Shown here one piece after another: positions 1 through 9,621 of a stretch of 64,000 nucleotides of DNA. The translations under genes were made by a program, and so were the position numbers. Position 1 is the stretch's first letter. Each line of letters begins with the position of its first letter. The DNA lies in NCBI GenBank assembly GCA_965649265.1, contig CBFGKC010000003.1, positions 32,001-96,000 of the forward strand, in the 5' to 3' direction. This stretch comes from a candidate division WOR-3 bacterium (GTDB taxonomy: Bacteria; Hydrothermota; Tepidihabitantia; B3-TA06). A model generated the notes under the pieces. The model was given only the letters and a program-made list of their open reading frames with translations, made no database searches and had not been told where the DNA came from.

Positions 1-7
1 AACGTAT

Positions 8-307
8 TCAAGATTCCTCCATCTCGTAGAGTCCTTCCGCAACCTTCTTGATCGTGACCTCGGGCCTCGGAAGCCTCAGAAGACCTGTGAAACCGTTCGC
101 GTCAATATGCCAGTGCTGGTGCGGATACTCCGGTCCCTGACAGGTGCAGTCGATGGCTCCTACCTTTGTCTTGAATTCCTTCCCCTTGAATCTCAAGGTA
201 AAGCTCTTTCCTGCGTCCGGAAACAGCTTCACCTTGTCCTTAAGGATAAGGATAAAACCTTCCTTGACCTCGGTCGTCGATAGTTTGCGTCTATAGATGT
301 CCGCCAA
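8..307 (-). CDS. small hypothetical protein with CxC...HxH motif
   Basis: 99-aa ORF directly downstream of the S8 protease; contains DCTCQGPEYPHQHWH. Confidence 0.7.
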   Translation of the reverse strand: MADIYRRKLSTTEVKEGFILILKDKVKLFPDAGKSFTLRFKGKEFKTKVGAIDCTCQGPEYPHQHWHIDANGFTGLLRLPRPEVTIKKVAEGLYEMEES

Positions 308-319
308 CTTGAATACTCC

Positions 320-1807
320 TTATTTTACAAATACGAACTTGCCCGATCCCGAACGACCGCCAGTTTCCAGTCTGAAGAAGTATACGCCTCCCGGGATCGC
401 AGGCTCTATCACGATTGTCCCGTCCGTTGCGCAATCCTTCGAGAAGACGCGGCTGCCTGATACGTCATAGAGAGTCAAGCTGTACGTGCAGGAAGGCTCC
501 AGGTCACGGAAAACTATTCTTCCGTTTCCGACAGAAGGAGCAAGAGGGAAGGTATGGTCACGCTTGATCAACTCTTCAACGCCGACCTCGGCTGTAAGCG
601 CCTGGTTGGAATTCATACGCAGTATCTTGCCGACATCCGAGTCTATTGTATCGGCACCCTCGATTATCGCGTTCCAGATTTGCTGGTTTGAATACTCAGG
701 ATGCGCGCTCCATATAAGCGCGGCAAGGGCCGCTATCTGAGGTGTCGTGAACGATGTCGCCTGGACTCCGCCGTAGCCACCGCCGAGCGTGGTCGACATG
801 CCGCCCGGCGCGAAAATGTCAACCTTAGAGCCGTATCTGGAACCCGACCAGCGATTGTCCGAAGCGTCGGATGCTCCCACTCCCATAACCTTATCGTAAG
901 CTGCCGGATATAGAACGTTGGTGTCACCTGAGTTGCCGACGCCGGCGCAAATGAAAAGTCCCCTATCCCACACGTCGTTTATAGCATTCTCCATCGGAAA
1001 GTAACTCGGGCCTTCAATGCTCATGCTAATTACTTTTGCTCCGTTGTCGGCCGCGAAGTAAATAGCTTCCACCGCCCAGCTGAGGTACATGGCTCCGGTA
1101 CTGTCTGCGATTCGCAGCATCATTGCAGAGGCTTGCCCTGCGGTTCCGGCAATACCCTTGGCGTTGTCCATTCTTGCGGCGGCTACTCCTAAGACTGACG
1201 TTCCATGCCCGATGTGATCGGAGACGTCGGTGTTACCGAGCGCGAAGTTACGCCCCGGAACAAGGTTCTCCTTGATGTCCTCGTGGGTGGTGTCGACGCC
1301 GGTATCTACAAAGGCGATGGTTACACCCTCGCCTTTTGTGGTGTTCCACGCGGTGTTAGTCTCTGTAATCGGCTTGTCCCACTGCTCGGAATAGCGCGGA
1401 TCGTTGGGTGTATAGGGGAGTGGGGTGTCGAAATTCATGTTAATATCTCCCGGGTACGCATCCCACCCCTTGGCGAGATATAGCATTGCGTTGGGTTCAA
1501 CAAACTCGACACCGGAAACGGTTTCTAGCGCTTCAAACAAATCATTCGTGCCGTTTTCGATTTTCGCGACATAGAGATCACCAGCCGCGTCAAGTGTTTG
1601 AGGGGAGGGGGAGGGGTAGTTAATAAGCGGCCTGACCGTTATCCCGTACATGTCGGCGAACCCTTCGAGAGCCGAAAAATCCCTTGTTTTTACGATTGAC
1701 TCGGAGTCGCGTTTGGATGCTGTCGGTACGCCTGGGATCGTCGACCCCGCAGTAAGGATTGCCGGAATCCATGAGCTAAATAACAGAAAGAACGAAAAAC
1801 TTTTCAA
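320..1807 (-). CDS. secreted S8 (subtilisin/thermitase-like) serine protease with T9SS/FlgD-like C-terminal domain
   Basis: Signal peptide; triad motifs VDTG, GHGT, ATSFTTP; C-terminal LYDVSG...GVYFFRL...GKFVFVK; GGAGG RBS before TTG start. Confidence 0.92.
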   Translation of the reverse strand: MKSFSFFLLFSSWIPAILTAGSTIPGVPTASKRDSESIVKTRDFSALEGFADMYGITVRPLINYPSPSPQTLDAAGDLYVAKIENGTNDLFEALETVSGVEFVEPNAMLYLAKGWDAYPGDINMNFDTPLPYTPNDPRYSEQWDKPITETNTAWNTTKGEGVTIAFVDTGVDTTHEDIKENLVPGRNFALGNTDVSDHIGHGTSVLGVAAARMDNAKGIAGTAGQASAMMLRIADSTGAMYLSWAVEAIYFAADNGAKVISMSIEGPSYFPMENAINDVWDRGLFICAGVGNSGDTNVLYPAAYDKVMGVGASDASDNRWSGSRYGSKVDIFAPGGMSTTLGGGYGGVQATSFTTPQIAALAALIWSAHPEYSNQQIWNAIIEGADTIDSDVGKILRMNSNQALTAEVGVEELIKRDHTFPLAPSVGNGRIVFRDLEPSCTYSLTLYDVSGSRVFSKDCATDGTIVIEPAIPGGVYFFRLETGGRSGSGKFVFVK

Positions 1808-1917
1808 GTGGCCTCCTTGGTTTGCTGATATCAGTTTATGCGCAGGACAGAATCTGTCAATGCTGCAGTGCAGGGAGGAGAGTCAATCCAGTGTACTGCC
1901 GGGAAGCATGCTCAAGA

Positions 1918-2328
1918 TCATTTCGGCCTGTACAGTAATCCAGTAAGGAAACCAAGCAGGGTCATCTCCAGAATCCCGGACAGCAAAAGGTAAAGGAATG
2001 AACCTACGGGCATCTGGAACATCGCAAAGGATGCCGCTGCGTTCATGACTACCCTGAAGAAACTTAACATAAGGCCGAAGATAAGACCCTTAACGATACC
2101 TGACGACGTCGGCAACGACGGATAGAGGAGAGCGAAGAAGAAGACAATGACAAGTCCGGAGATGATGTCAGTAACTATTCCGACAGGCATCAGGAATTGT
2201 CCTCTTGCCACAGGTTTGTAGAAGGCAAGCGCTTTTGCACCCATCGGGTTTGCGTTAATCAGGGCATCGAGCATGACGAACACAACACCTGCGATAAGTC
2301 CCACCCACAAGATGCGTAACCAGTTCAC
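1918..2328 (-). CDS. small 4-TM membrane protein
   Basis: Four hydrophobic segments; AGGAGG RBS. Confidence 0.8.
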   Translation of the reverse strand: MNWLRILWVGLIAGVVFVMLDALINANPMGAKALAFYKPVARGQFLMPVGIVTDIISGLVIVFFFALLYPSLPTSSGIVKGLIFGLMLSFFRVVMNAAASFAMFQMPVGSFLYLLLSGILEMTLLGFLTGLLYRPK

Positions 2329-2337
2329 GATTCCTCC

Positions 2338-3297
2338 TTATTTGACGCGTGCGAGAATCCTGTGCGCGAGAAGGGTAATCCACCTTGAGGGTTCCTTCTT
2401 CTGGCAGAACTCCCAGCCCTTCCACTTCGTCCATATGGACTCAGGAGTGAAGCGTCCATCCGCGTCTGCCTTGCCCGCAAGCACTTCGACCATCTCCTTT
2501 ACCCACCTGTCTCTGCGGGCATGCGGAAAACGCGTGACGGTATCCAGAAAATGCAGGATGTCGTACCATATAAGCGGCGCCTTTATTTTTTGAAAGTCCG
2601 TGCCTATGCCGAAGAGGTAGTACTTTTTCTTACCCCTCTCCTCCCAGTGTCCGAGAAGGGTCTCTATCGCTCGCTTTGCTTCGTCCGAGTCCAAAAGCTC
2701 CGGAATCTCGGCCGTCATCCTGAGCATTATCAAGTTGGCGTAAGGGCAGGGGTCGTCCCTGCGTCCTGGTCCCCTGAACTTTCCCATTGACTCCGATGCG
2801 AAGCATGGAAATCCAACCTCAGTAATCCTCGATGTGAGATGGTTCACGCCTTTCATCACTTTTTTGTCCCTCATACCGAGGCGCAGTAAAGAGAAAAGAA
2901 CAAGCGGCGCGTCGGTCGCGACCCAGTCCCAGCGCGGCTTATCGTCCCCGCCGAACGCCTTCGGGATGACTATTTTAATCTGGAAGGGTCCCTCCTTTGA
3001 CTGGTGAGCGAGAATCGAATCAACGGCAGGTTTGAGTTCGTTCCTTTTGACCCCGATATCTGCAAGGAATACGAGCTTGTGCAGGGGATGGACGGCATCG
3101 TTGTGGCGGGTGATTGTGTATTGTCTTTCCCAATCGTTAACCTCATTGATAATCCCGGTAACCATGGGATCGGCAATCATCTCAGCGTAAGTCTTCTCAA
3201 CTTCCTTGTCTTCCTCTCCCTTGCCCACAAGATCGACAAGAGTTCTTAGTTTGACGAACGGAGGGCCTTCAAGAAGCCATTCAAGAGGCGCTTTCAC
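2338..3297 (-). CDS. prenyltransferase/squalene-cyclase-repeat (alpha/alpha toroid) protein
   Basis: WLLE, HQSKEGPF, CPYAN, WYDILH, PSRWITL motifs; GTG at 3297 overlaps the upstream stop (ORF-track start 3354 probably too long). Confidence 0.75.
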   Translation of the reverse strand: MKAPLEWLLEGPPFVKLRTLVDLVGKGEEDKEVEKTYAEMIADPMVTGIINEVNDWERQYTITRHNDAVHPLHKLVFLADIGVKRNELKPAVDSILAHQSKEGPFQIKIVIPKAFGGDDKPRWDWVATDAPLVLFSLLRLGMRDKKVMKGVNHLTSRITEVGFPCFASESMGKFRGPGRRDDPCPYANLIMLRMTAEIPELLDSDEAKRAIETLLGHWEERGKKKYYLFGIGTDFQKIKAPLIWYDILHFLDTVTRFPHARRDRWVKEMVEVLAGKADADGRFTPESIWTKWKGWEFCQKKEPSRWITLLAHRILARVK

Positions 3298-4226
3298 AGA
3301 TGTTCCTTTCCCAGGACCTGCTTGATTATCCTTAAAGAATGCAGCGTAATCCATTTTGACGGCTGGTTCTTTCTGCCGAACTCGAAATCGCTGAAGGCTT
3401 TTATTACAGATTCGGCCTTGAACAAACCTTCGGCGTCCCTCCTGTCGAGTATCGTGCGAGCGACGTCCTTCATCCGTTTGTCCTTGCGCGCCCCGGGAAA
3501 GCGTGAGAGAATAGAAGCGTAAGCAAGTATATGGTATCCTACAAGCGGGTACTTAAGATTCGAGAAGCGGGAGCCTATACCGAAACCCATGCCGGGCTGC
3601 TCGGGGATTGGCAGTTTTGTCTCCCAGTGCCGAAGAACGAATTCGAAGGCTCGTTCAGCGGACTTGGAGCTTGAACGTTCCTTGTTAAAAGACAATACCC
3701 ACAACGCATGAAGGGTGGCATGCGGGCAGGAAGGGACGCCTTCCTTTTTTCCCCCTGGAAGGGTATTGACGCCGTGCAGCCATCCGCCGTCGAGCCGCTG
3801 GATCGACAAGAGGTGCTCAATTCCCTTTTCTATTCTTTCCGCGCCGTTTTCTCCAAGAGCAATGAGAAGCCCAAGCGCTTCGGCATGTCCGCATGGAATT
3901 TTCTTACCGTAGTACGATTTGAAACCGCCGTCGAGCGTTTGGCGGCTCGAGATAAGTTCCATTGACTTCAGTATGCGTTTGTCTGCGTCCTTATAACCGA
4001 AATCGGCGAGTGCGACAAGGGGGTCCAGGCGTCCGTTTCCGTAGAACCCCCCATCCTCGTCCTGCATCGAGAAAATCTTTCTAACCGAGGGGTCCTCCGT
4101 AATTCTCTCCTTCGCTTTCCTTACTTCTCTGTCCGTCTCTTGACTGTCCAGAAGCCATATCAGTGTGCGGTAGCGGACTGCGGGTTCCGATTCCTCCAGC
4201 AACCAATCTACGGTTTTCTTATTCAT
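3294..4226 (-). CDS. prenyltransferase/squalene-cyclase-repeat protein, paralog of the downstream gene
   Basis: QDEDGGF, QTLDGGF, QRLDGGW repeats; CPHAT; PSKWITL. Confidence 0.8.
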   Translation of the reverse strand: MNKKTVDWLLEESEPAVRYRTLIWLLDSQETDREVRKAKERITEDPSVRKIFSMQDEDGGFYGNGRLDPLVALADFGYKDADKRILKSMELISSRQTLDGGFKSYYGKKIPCGHAEALGLLIALGENGAERIEKGIEHLLSIQRLDGGWLHGVNTLPGGKKEGVPSCPHATLHALWVLSFNKERSSSKSAERAFEFVLRHWETKLPIPEQPGMGFGIGSRFSNLKYPLVGYHILAYASILSRFPGARKDKRMKDVARTILDRRDAEGLFKAESVIKAFSDFEFGRKNQPSKWITLHSLRIIKQVLGKEHL

Positions 4227-4374
4227 TGAAATTGACCACTTCTGGAGTATCTCTAAGTTTACAAAGTTGTCAAGGGGATAATCATATTACTTCAAATCAG
4301 GTATATTCTTAAAGCACTAAACAAGTGTGAATCAACAATCGATCTTTTCGCGTTATGCGCGAAAAGCAGCATGC

Positions 4375-7035
4375 TTACAGACCGTATTTTTCCTTGCGTA
4401 TCTCGAACGCCTCGCGGCCGCCCTCAAGGATGCGCTCGACGACCTCCTTTATGACGGGCGAGTCAAGATAACCGTAACGGCCTTCCTTGAGATACGAATG
4501 ATCCACGTCCGCTTCGAGAGCGAGTATCTGTGCAGCATCGCCTAAAACGGGTATGTTGGCGTTGTGAGTCGCTACAAGGAACTGGCGCTTGTCCATCTCG
4601 GATCGGAAGCGCTCGGCGATTTCCTCCACGATGAAGGCGTTATCCAGATCCTCTTCCGGTTGGTCGACAATCAAGGGGTAAGGGGAGGTAAGCATCAGTA
4701 TTCCAAGAATGGCCGTGCAGCGCTGGCCATCCGAAAGGTGGCCGACGTCTCTGTAGCGCGGATCCCTGGTCGAACCGAGGTTGAGCTGAATGGCGACTTT
4801 TGGCGGGACGTCGACGGTCTCAAGATGCGCGAGGGTCTCCTCGTCGAAGCGGGGAACAAGGCTGTCCGGGCCCAGCTTGAGAAGCGCGGCAAGAGCGTCG
4901 CGATCACCGGATCTCGAGAGTTCGACAACTCTTGTGAAACTAAACTGTTCGTCGTTGACGATGCGGAGAGCAGTTTCTCGATTGATGGTCGGAACTATCT
5001 TCCGTATCTCGATGGCGGAACGTTCCGGATCGCCCTTCTCTGAGAGGTCTATTTTAATCTTTCCGCCAAGATCGGCATTCCATTTAGCCACCTTTTCCGC
5101 GAGTGTCGAGAATCTTAGTTTTCTGAGATCGCGAATCCGTTCGAGCATGAGCCGGCGTTCGTCGCGTTTCATGGAGAGCCTGAGCGATAGGGCGTCGCGT
5201 TCAAGCTTGCGCTCGCGCAGGCGCATGGCTTCTTTCTCCAGAGTGATGAACTCGTTGACATCTATGCCTGGGAAGCGCGCCTGAAGAGCTCGCAGGCTTT
5301 CCTGAAAACGCTCCTCGCCTTCCGCGTAAAGCCTTTCCCACTGTCCGCGGAAAGTGTTGTGCGAGGTCTCGGTGGTCTGAAGCGAGGCTATCAATGCCTG
5401 TACGTTGCGCTCGAAATCGGCAACAAACTCGACAAGTGTATTCTTGTATTCGCCAAGAAGTTCGGGGTGAAGCGGAGCCTCCCCCTCCTCTTGCAAGGCG
5501 CGGAGTCTTGAAGATGTCTCGCCGATTAGACTCAAAAGCATCCTCTTTATATCCGAAAGGACGTTCTCGCCGCGTTCAAAGATGTGACCTTCCTGCTCGA
5601 ACTTGCGTTTTTCCTCGATTTTTGCAGGAACGTCCATTTCGAGAAAACGGGCAAGCTTCTCCTCTGTAACGGGGAGCTTTGCGAGTTCGGTATCTCTCTT
5701 GGAAAATTCCGCGGCAATGGATGTTATCTCCTGCGTTTGCTTGGCAAGCTTTTCGAGAAGAGCGGTTTCCTCTTCACTATATGCGTTAAGTTCTTTCTCA
5801 GCAAGGCGTTCGAGAAGCGTTATCTGGAAATCCTGCCTTTTGGAGATTTCGTAAATCTCCTTGTTGCCGAACACCTCTGCACGGAATATATCCTTCGGGT
5901 TCAAGCTAAGCTTGGCACCGGTTTCTGAATCCCGCACGACGGGCTCAAATGGATAGATGCGTTCAATGATGTAACGCTTGGGCTGTGGTTCGTGCGATTC
6001 GACAAGAAGCGATATCTTTGAACCGGGAAGAAACACGTCTCGCAGCACCTGATCGTGATTCTCTCTGTTGCGATCGGTTTTGGGTTTTTCGTCGAGGGCG
6101 AAGCGAAGGGTTTCAATGATTGTCGTCTTACCGGTTCCGCGTCCGCCTATCATCGCATTGAAGCCAGGGTTGAGATGGATCTCGAGGTCGCTCAGGAATC
6201 CCCCTTCCCAGCGGGCCGCAAGTATCTTGGAGTATATTCTTTCCTCCGCCTCGTGAGGGAAACGAATCTTGGCTTTCCAGTCGAGAAGAGCGATTCGGAG
6301 TCCTTCCAGGTTGTGAGTTCCGAGCTTTATCGAAACCTTCTTTGTACCCACGTCTTGCGGCTTTGATGCAAAGGAACCTGCAAGCCTGGCAAGAGGCATC
6401 CGGCGTTCGAAGCCTTTCCTTGTTCCTGAAAGAAGTTCCTCGTCATCCGCCGATAAATGCTTGGTGGAATCGGGCAGAATAACTCCCCAAATCCATGGAT
6501 CGGCCAGAAGGGCGGGATGCTCCTTCAATACCTTGTTGTAATACAAAAGAACCATGCCTTCGGCCTTGCGGGCGCGTGCGACGGCATCTCGCGGCGAAAG
6601 CGCTACCGGTACAGGCTTGTTGTTGCGAAAGAAACGCTCACCTTGTCCCAGTCCCATCTCCGTCAGGAATGCGTCAATCTCGTGCTGTTTCTTTCCGGGC
6701 TCAAACAAAACCACTATGTCAACACCGTCTTCAAGCAATATCCGAAGCCCAGGGTAAATGCTAACACCGCGATTCTTAGCCTCGACCCCTAAATCGTCCA
6801 GCCAGGCTCCCCTTTCCTCGAGTCCTAAATTGTAATCTGCCGCCCCAACAAGACGGATATTTTTTTCCACCGCAGACGACACGATCAGATTGATAATCTC
6901 CTTCCTTGAGCTTTCTACCCCTGGATCAAATCCCTCGGGCTCTTTGTAATCGGGCGAGGCAGGGGTTTTTATAGCCAGGTCGGCCCAGATTGCCTTCGCT
7001 CCGTTTGCTTTAGCAAGAAGGTCTTCAAACGGCAT
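4375..7035 (-). CDS. TrlF/Ppl-like PHP + SMC-type ABC ATPase with degenerate PHP domain
   Basis: Walker A GGRGTGKT, coiled coil, signature LSDGQ, Walker B IVDQPEEDLD, ATH; N-terminal PHP-like DLAIKTPAS and AADYN. Confidence 0.85.
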   Translation of the reverse strand: MPFEDLLAKANGAKAIWADLAIKTPASPDYKEPEGFDPGVESSRKEIINLIVSSAVEKNIRLVGAADYNLGLEERGAWLDDLGVEAKNRGVSIYPGLRILLEDGVDIVVLFEPGKKQHEIDAFLTEMGLGQGERFFRNNKPVPVALSPRDAVARARKAEGMVLLYYNKVLKEHPALLADPWIWGVILPDSTKHLSADDEELLSGTRKGFERRMPLARLAGSFASKPQDVGTKKVSIKLGTHNLEGLRIALLDWKAKIRFPHEAEERIYSKILAARWEGGFLSDLEIHLNPGFNAMIGGRGTGKTTIIETLRFALDEKPKTDRNRENHDQVLRDVFLPGSKISLLVESHEPQPKRYIIERIYPFEPVVRDSETGAKLSLNPKDIFRAEVFGNKEIYEISKRQDFQITLLERLAEKELNAYSEEETALLEKLAKQTQEITSIAAEFSKRDTELAKLPVTEEKLARFLEMDVPAKIEEKRKFEQEGHIFERGENVLSDIKRMLLSLIGETSSRLRALQEEGEAPLHPELLGEYKNTLVEFVADFERNVQALIASLQTTETSHNTFRGQWERLYAEGEERFQESLRALQARFPGIDVNEFITLEKEAMRLRERKLERDALSLRLSMKRDERRLMLERIRDLRKLRFSTLAEKVAKWNADLGGKIKIDLSEKGDPERSAIEIRKIVPTINRETALRIVNDEQFSFTRVVELSRSGDRDALAALLKLGPDSLVPRFDEETLAHLETVDVPPKVAIQLNLGSTRDPRYRDVGHLSDGQRCTAILGILMLTSPYPLIVDQPEEDLDNAFIVEEIAERFRSEMDKRQFLVATHNANIPVLGDAAQILALEADVDHSYLKEGRYGYLDSPVIKEVVERILEGGREAFEIRKEKYGL

Positions 7036-7227
7036 GGTTCCTCCTTAAGGCTCTATTGTACCACTAATCCGTGCTTTAGTCAAGGATCAGCGTGTTTCGC
7101 CGTTTTTCCTTTGATTTCTGCAGATTTCCCGGCGTCACTTAAATTCCGTTATCAATAACACTTGAAGTGCCTTCCGGTGGTTCACAGTTGCCATAGGTCT
7201 CCTTTTTTTCTTCTGGATTGTTTAAAC

Positions 7228-7255
7228 TTGACAACTAAAAAGTTTTTCGTAGACT
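7228..7255 (+). promoter_or_regulatory. sigma70-type promoter TTGACA-N16-TAGACT
   Basis: Consensus boxes upstream of the SDR gene. Confidence 0.65.
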
Positions 7256-7304
7256 GACCAGACTTGATTAAACGAACTTAAACCCCACCAGAGGAGGAAG
7301 GCCA

Positions 7305-8249
7305 ATGAAGGTCCTCGTAACCGGGGCTAACGGCTTTTTGGGTTCGCATCTCGTGGATCGGCTTGTCGCCGAGAACGAAGAAGTGGTGGCTCTCGATCCG
7401 ACCAACGGTCGCGGTTTCATCACCAACAATGCGCGCATCTACCGTCAGGACTATTCATCAGGCGGCCTCGAGAAGATATTCGAAAAGGAACGGCCTGAGT
7501 TCGTATGTCATTTCGCCTCCGAGGACACGATCGTCACGAGTTTCGAACGGCCGGTGGAGAATGCGAACCACATCCTTTTTACTCTGCTTCTTCTCGAACA
7601 ATGCAAGAGGTATCAGGTAAAAAGGGTCATCTATGCCTCCTCTGCCGCCGTTTACGGCAATCCCCAGTATCTGCCTTGCGACGAGGTGCATCCCACGCAC
7701 CCGGTTTCTCCACTGGGAGTCACGCAGCAGACGGTGGAGAGCTACCTTTACTTCTACTGGGTAAACTTCGGGCTCGATCACACCATACTCCGGGCCGCCA
7801 ACGTCTACGGCCCTCGCCAGACCGCGGGAAGACAGGGCGGCATAGTTTCCACGCTCGTAGACGGGATGTTGCGGAAGCAAGAAGTGATTCTGAACGGCGA
7901 CGGGATGCAGGAGAGGGACTTTCTTTTCTTTTCCGACTACATGGATGCGACCATGGCGGCGCTCAGGCTTTCGGAAAGACAGAGCAAGCGCGCCGCCGCC
8001 ACGGACTTCATATTCAATATCGGCAGGGGAGAGTCATCTTCCATCATGGAGCTTTTCTCCATGCTCGGGGAAAGGATTCCTTATCCTAGAAAACCGGTAC
8101 GCGGACCCCAGAGGCCTTGCGAGGTTTTCGTCATGAGCCTCGATCCTTCACGGTCCATGAAAACACTTGGTTGGAAACCTAAGGTTTCTCTGGCCGAAGG
8201 GCTTGACCGCACCATCCTCTGGTTCAAGAAAGAACTCAAGATAAAATAG
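7305..8249 (+). CDS. extended SDR (UDP-glucose 4-epimerase-like) lacking the YxxxK motif
   Basis: VTGANGFLG, SSAAVYG, NVYGP, RDF; catalytic motif reads PLGVTQ. Confidence 0.85.
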   Translation: MKVLVTGANGFLGSHLVDRLVAENEEVVALDPTNGRGFITNNARIYRQDYSSGGLEKIFEKERPEFVCHFASEDTIVTSFERPVENANHILFTLLLLEQCKRYQVKRVIYASSAAVYGNPQYLPCDEVHPTHPVSPLGVTQQTVESYLYFYWVNFGLDHTILRAANVYGPRQTAGRQGGIVSTLVDGMLRKQEVILNGDGMQERDFLFFSDYMDATMAALRLSERQSKRAAATDFIFNIGRGESSSIMELFSMLGERIPYPRKPVRGPQRPCEVFVMSLDPSRSMKTLGWKPKVSLAEGLDRTILWFKKELKIK

Positions 8250-8395
8250 CCCTCCAGCCCTCCTCCCTCCCCGTTTCAGTCTGTTACTCTTCCCGTTGAA
8301 GGGAAGGTATCTTTTTTTAAAGAAAGAACCAACGCTAAAATATCCCACTGACCCTCCTCCCCTTGCACTCTCTGGACCCTCCTCACCCTGTCAGA

Positions 8396-9007
8396 TTACT
8401 CCTCATCGGCAGAAAAGATGTTCCTGTTGCGTCCAAGAATGTGCCAGTGGAAGCTGCCTTCCGTTTCCTGTTCCTCGTCACGGATGTCGATAATTTCCAT
8501 TTTTTTAAAAAGCGCGACTATCTCGGCGGCATCGCAAAAATGAAGTCTTTGTCCATCGGAAAGAAATGTATTAGGCTCGATCTCATCGCCCACTCCGAAC
8601 CGTGAGTTTTTCGTGGAGGCAAGTGTTAAATAAAAAAAGCCGTCCTTGCGAAGCAGGTCGAATTTAGAGGAAAGCTTTTCCCTCAGTTCTTCAAAAGATT
8701 GCTCGTAAAGAGTATTGAAGGCGAAGAGGAAATCAAACGAACCTGGGTTAAGTTTCGATACCTCATTGGAAGAGTCCCAGAGGATTTTTATCCTCGAACC
8801 GAAGGAACTCAGCTGTTCGTTTCCAGGGTCTAGTCCACAATCGCTGGAATAGAGCAGGGTTACTTTGAATCCTTCACGCGCGAATAAAAGGGTGCTTGCG
8901 GGCTCAGAACAACCGACCTGAAGAATCTTCTGAACTCCTTCCGCGTGAAGGAAGCGAGAGACGACTACCAGACGTCTGGTCGAGATATCGGTTCTGTCCT
9001 TGAGCAC
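8396..9007 (-). CDS. class I SAM-methyltransferase-fold protein with degenerate motif I
   Basis: KILQVGCSEP, SFDFLFAFNTLY, LLRKDGFFYLT. Confidence 0.7.
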   Translation of the reverse strand: MLKDRTDISTRRLVVVSRFLHAEGVQKILQVGCSEPASTLLFAREGFKVTLLYSSDCGLDPGNEQLSSFGSRIKILWDSSNEVSKLNPGSFDFLFAFNTLYEQSFEELREKLSSKFDLLRKDGFFYLTLASTKNSRFGVGDEIEPNTFLSDGQRLHFCDAAEIVALFKKMEIIDIRDEEQETEGSFHWHILGRNRNIFSADEE

Positions 9008-9027
9008 TTATCCCTGTCGGTCAAGGT

Positions 9028-9468
9028 TCATTCATCGAACCATCTTTTAAGTGTTTCTCTCATCTTGCGTTCCACTTTTTCATCAAGGTCCTTTTCTTCC
9101 AGAAGCTTACGTTCAAGGAGTTCGCGGAGCCTTTTGCGCTCCCTCTGGCATTTGTTCAACCGGGCGGTTGCTCCTCCTCCTCCCCCCCAGATGATAAGGA
9201 TTCCCAGAAGGAACCCGAAGTCGTACCAGCCTCCGTTGTTGAAACGCTCATAGATCTCGACGTTCTGGTTGAAGAGCGAGATGATGAAGGTTATTATGGA
9301 AATCATTCCGTGCCACAACCCTTGCCAGAAACCGGCGGGATTCTGGACGTTCCAGCGGGTAACGTCGCCTGCGGCGCATCCAAGAGAAAAGACAACCAAC
9401 GCCCCGACCGCAGTCAGGACAAGATATTTAAGGGTTTTAGAGCTAACCCGGGTTGGAGAAGATACCAC
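9028..9468 (-). CDS. membrane lipoprotein (AGFWxGLWHG family)
   Basis: Lipobox SLGC; AGFWQGLWHG...NNGGWYDFGF; C-terminal coiled coil. Confidence 0.8.
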   Translation of the reverse strand: MVSSPTRVSSKTLKYLVLTAVGALVVFSLGCAAGDVTRWNVQNPAGFWQGLWHGMISIITFIISLFNQNVEIYERFNNGGWYDFGFLLGILIIWGGGGGATARLNKCQRERKRLRELLERKLLEEKDLDEKVERKMRETLKRWFDE

Positions 9469-9621
9469 TTATCCTCCTTATATCTAATATCTAAACTATA
9501 CTAAATAATGCCTGTTAGTCAAGGGGAGCAAACCTCCTCGGGTGAAAGCCAAAACCGGTTTTTTGCCGTTATCCCCTTTTTGCTGGATGAGGGATTCACG
9601 TTACAATACATGTTTTTTCCC

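Noticed and set aside
2338-4226. NifH-type label sometimes attached to this family
   Set aside because: No P-loop or Fe-S motifs; not a nitrogenase protein
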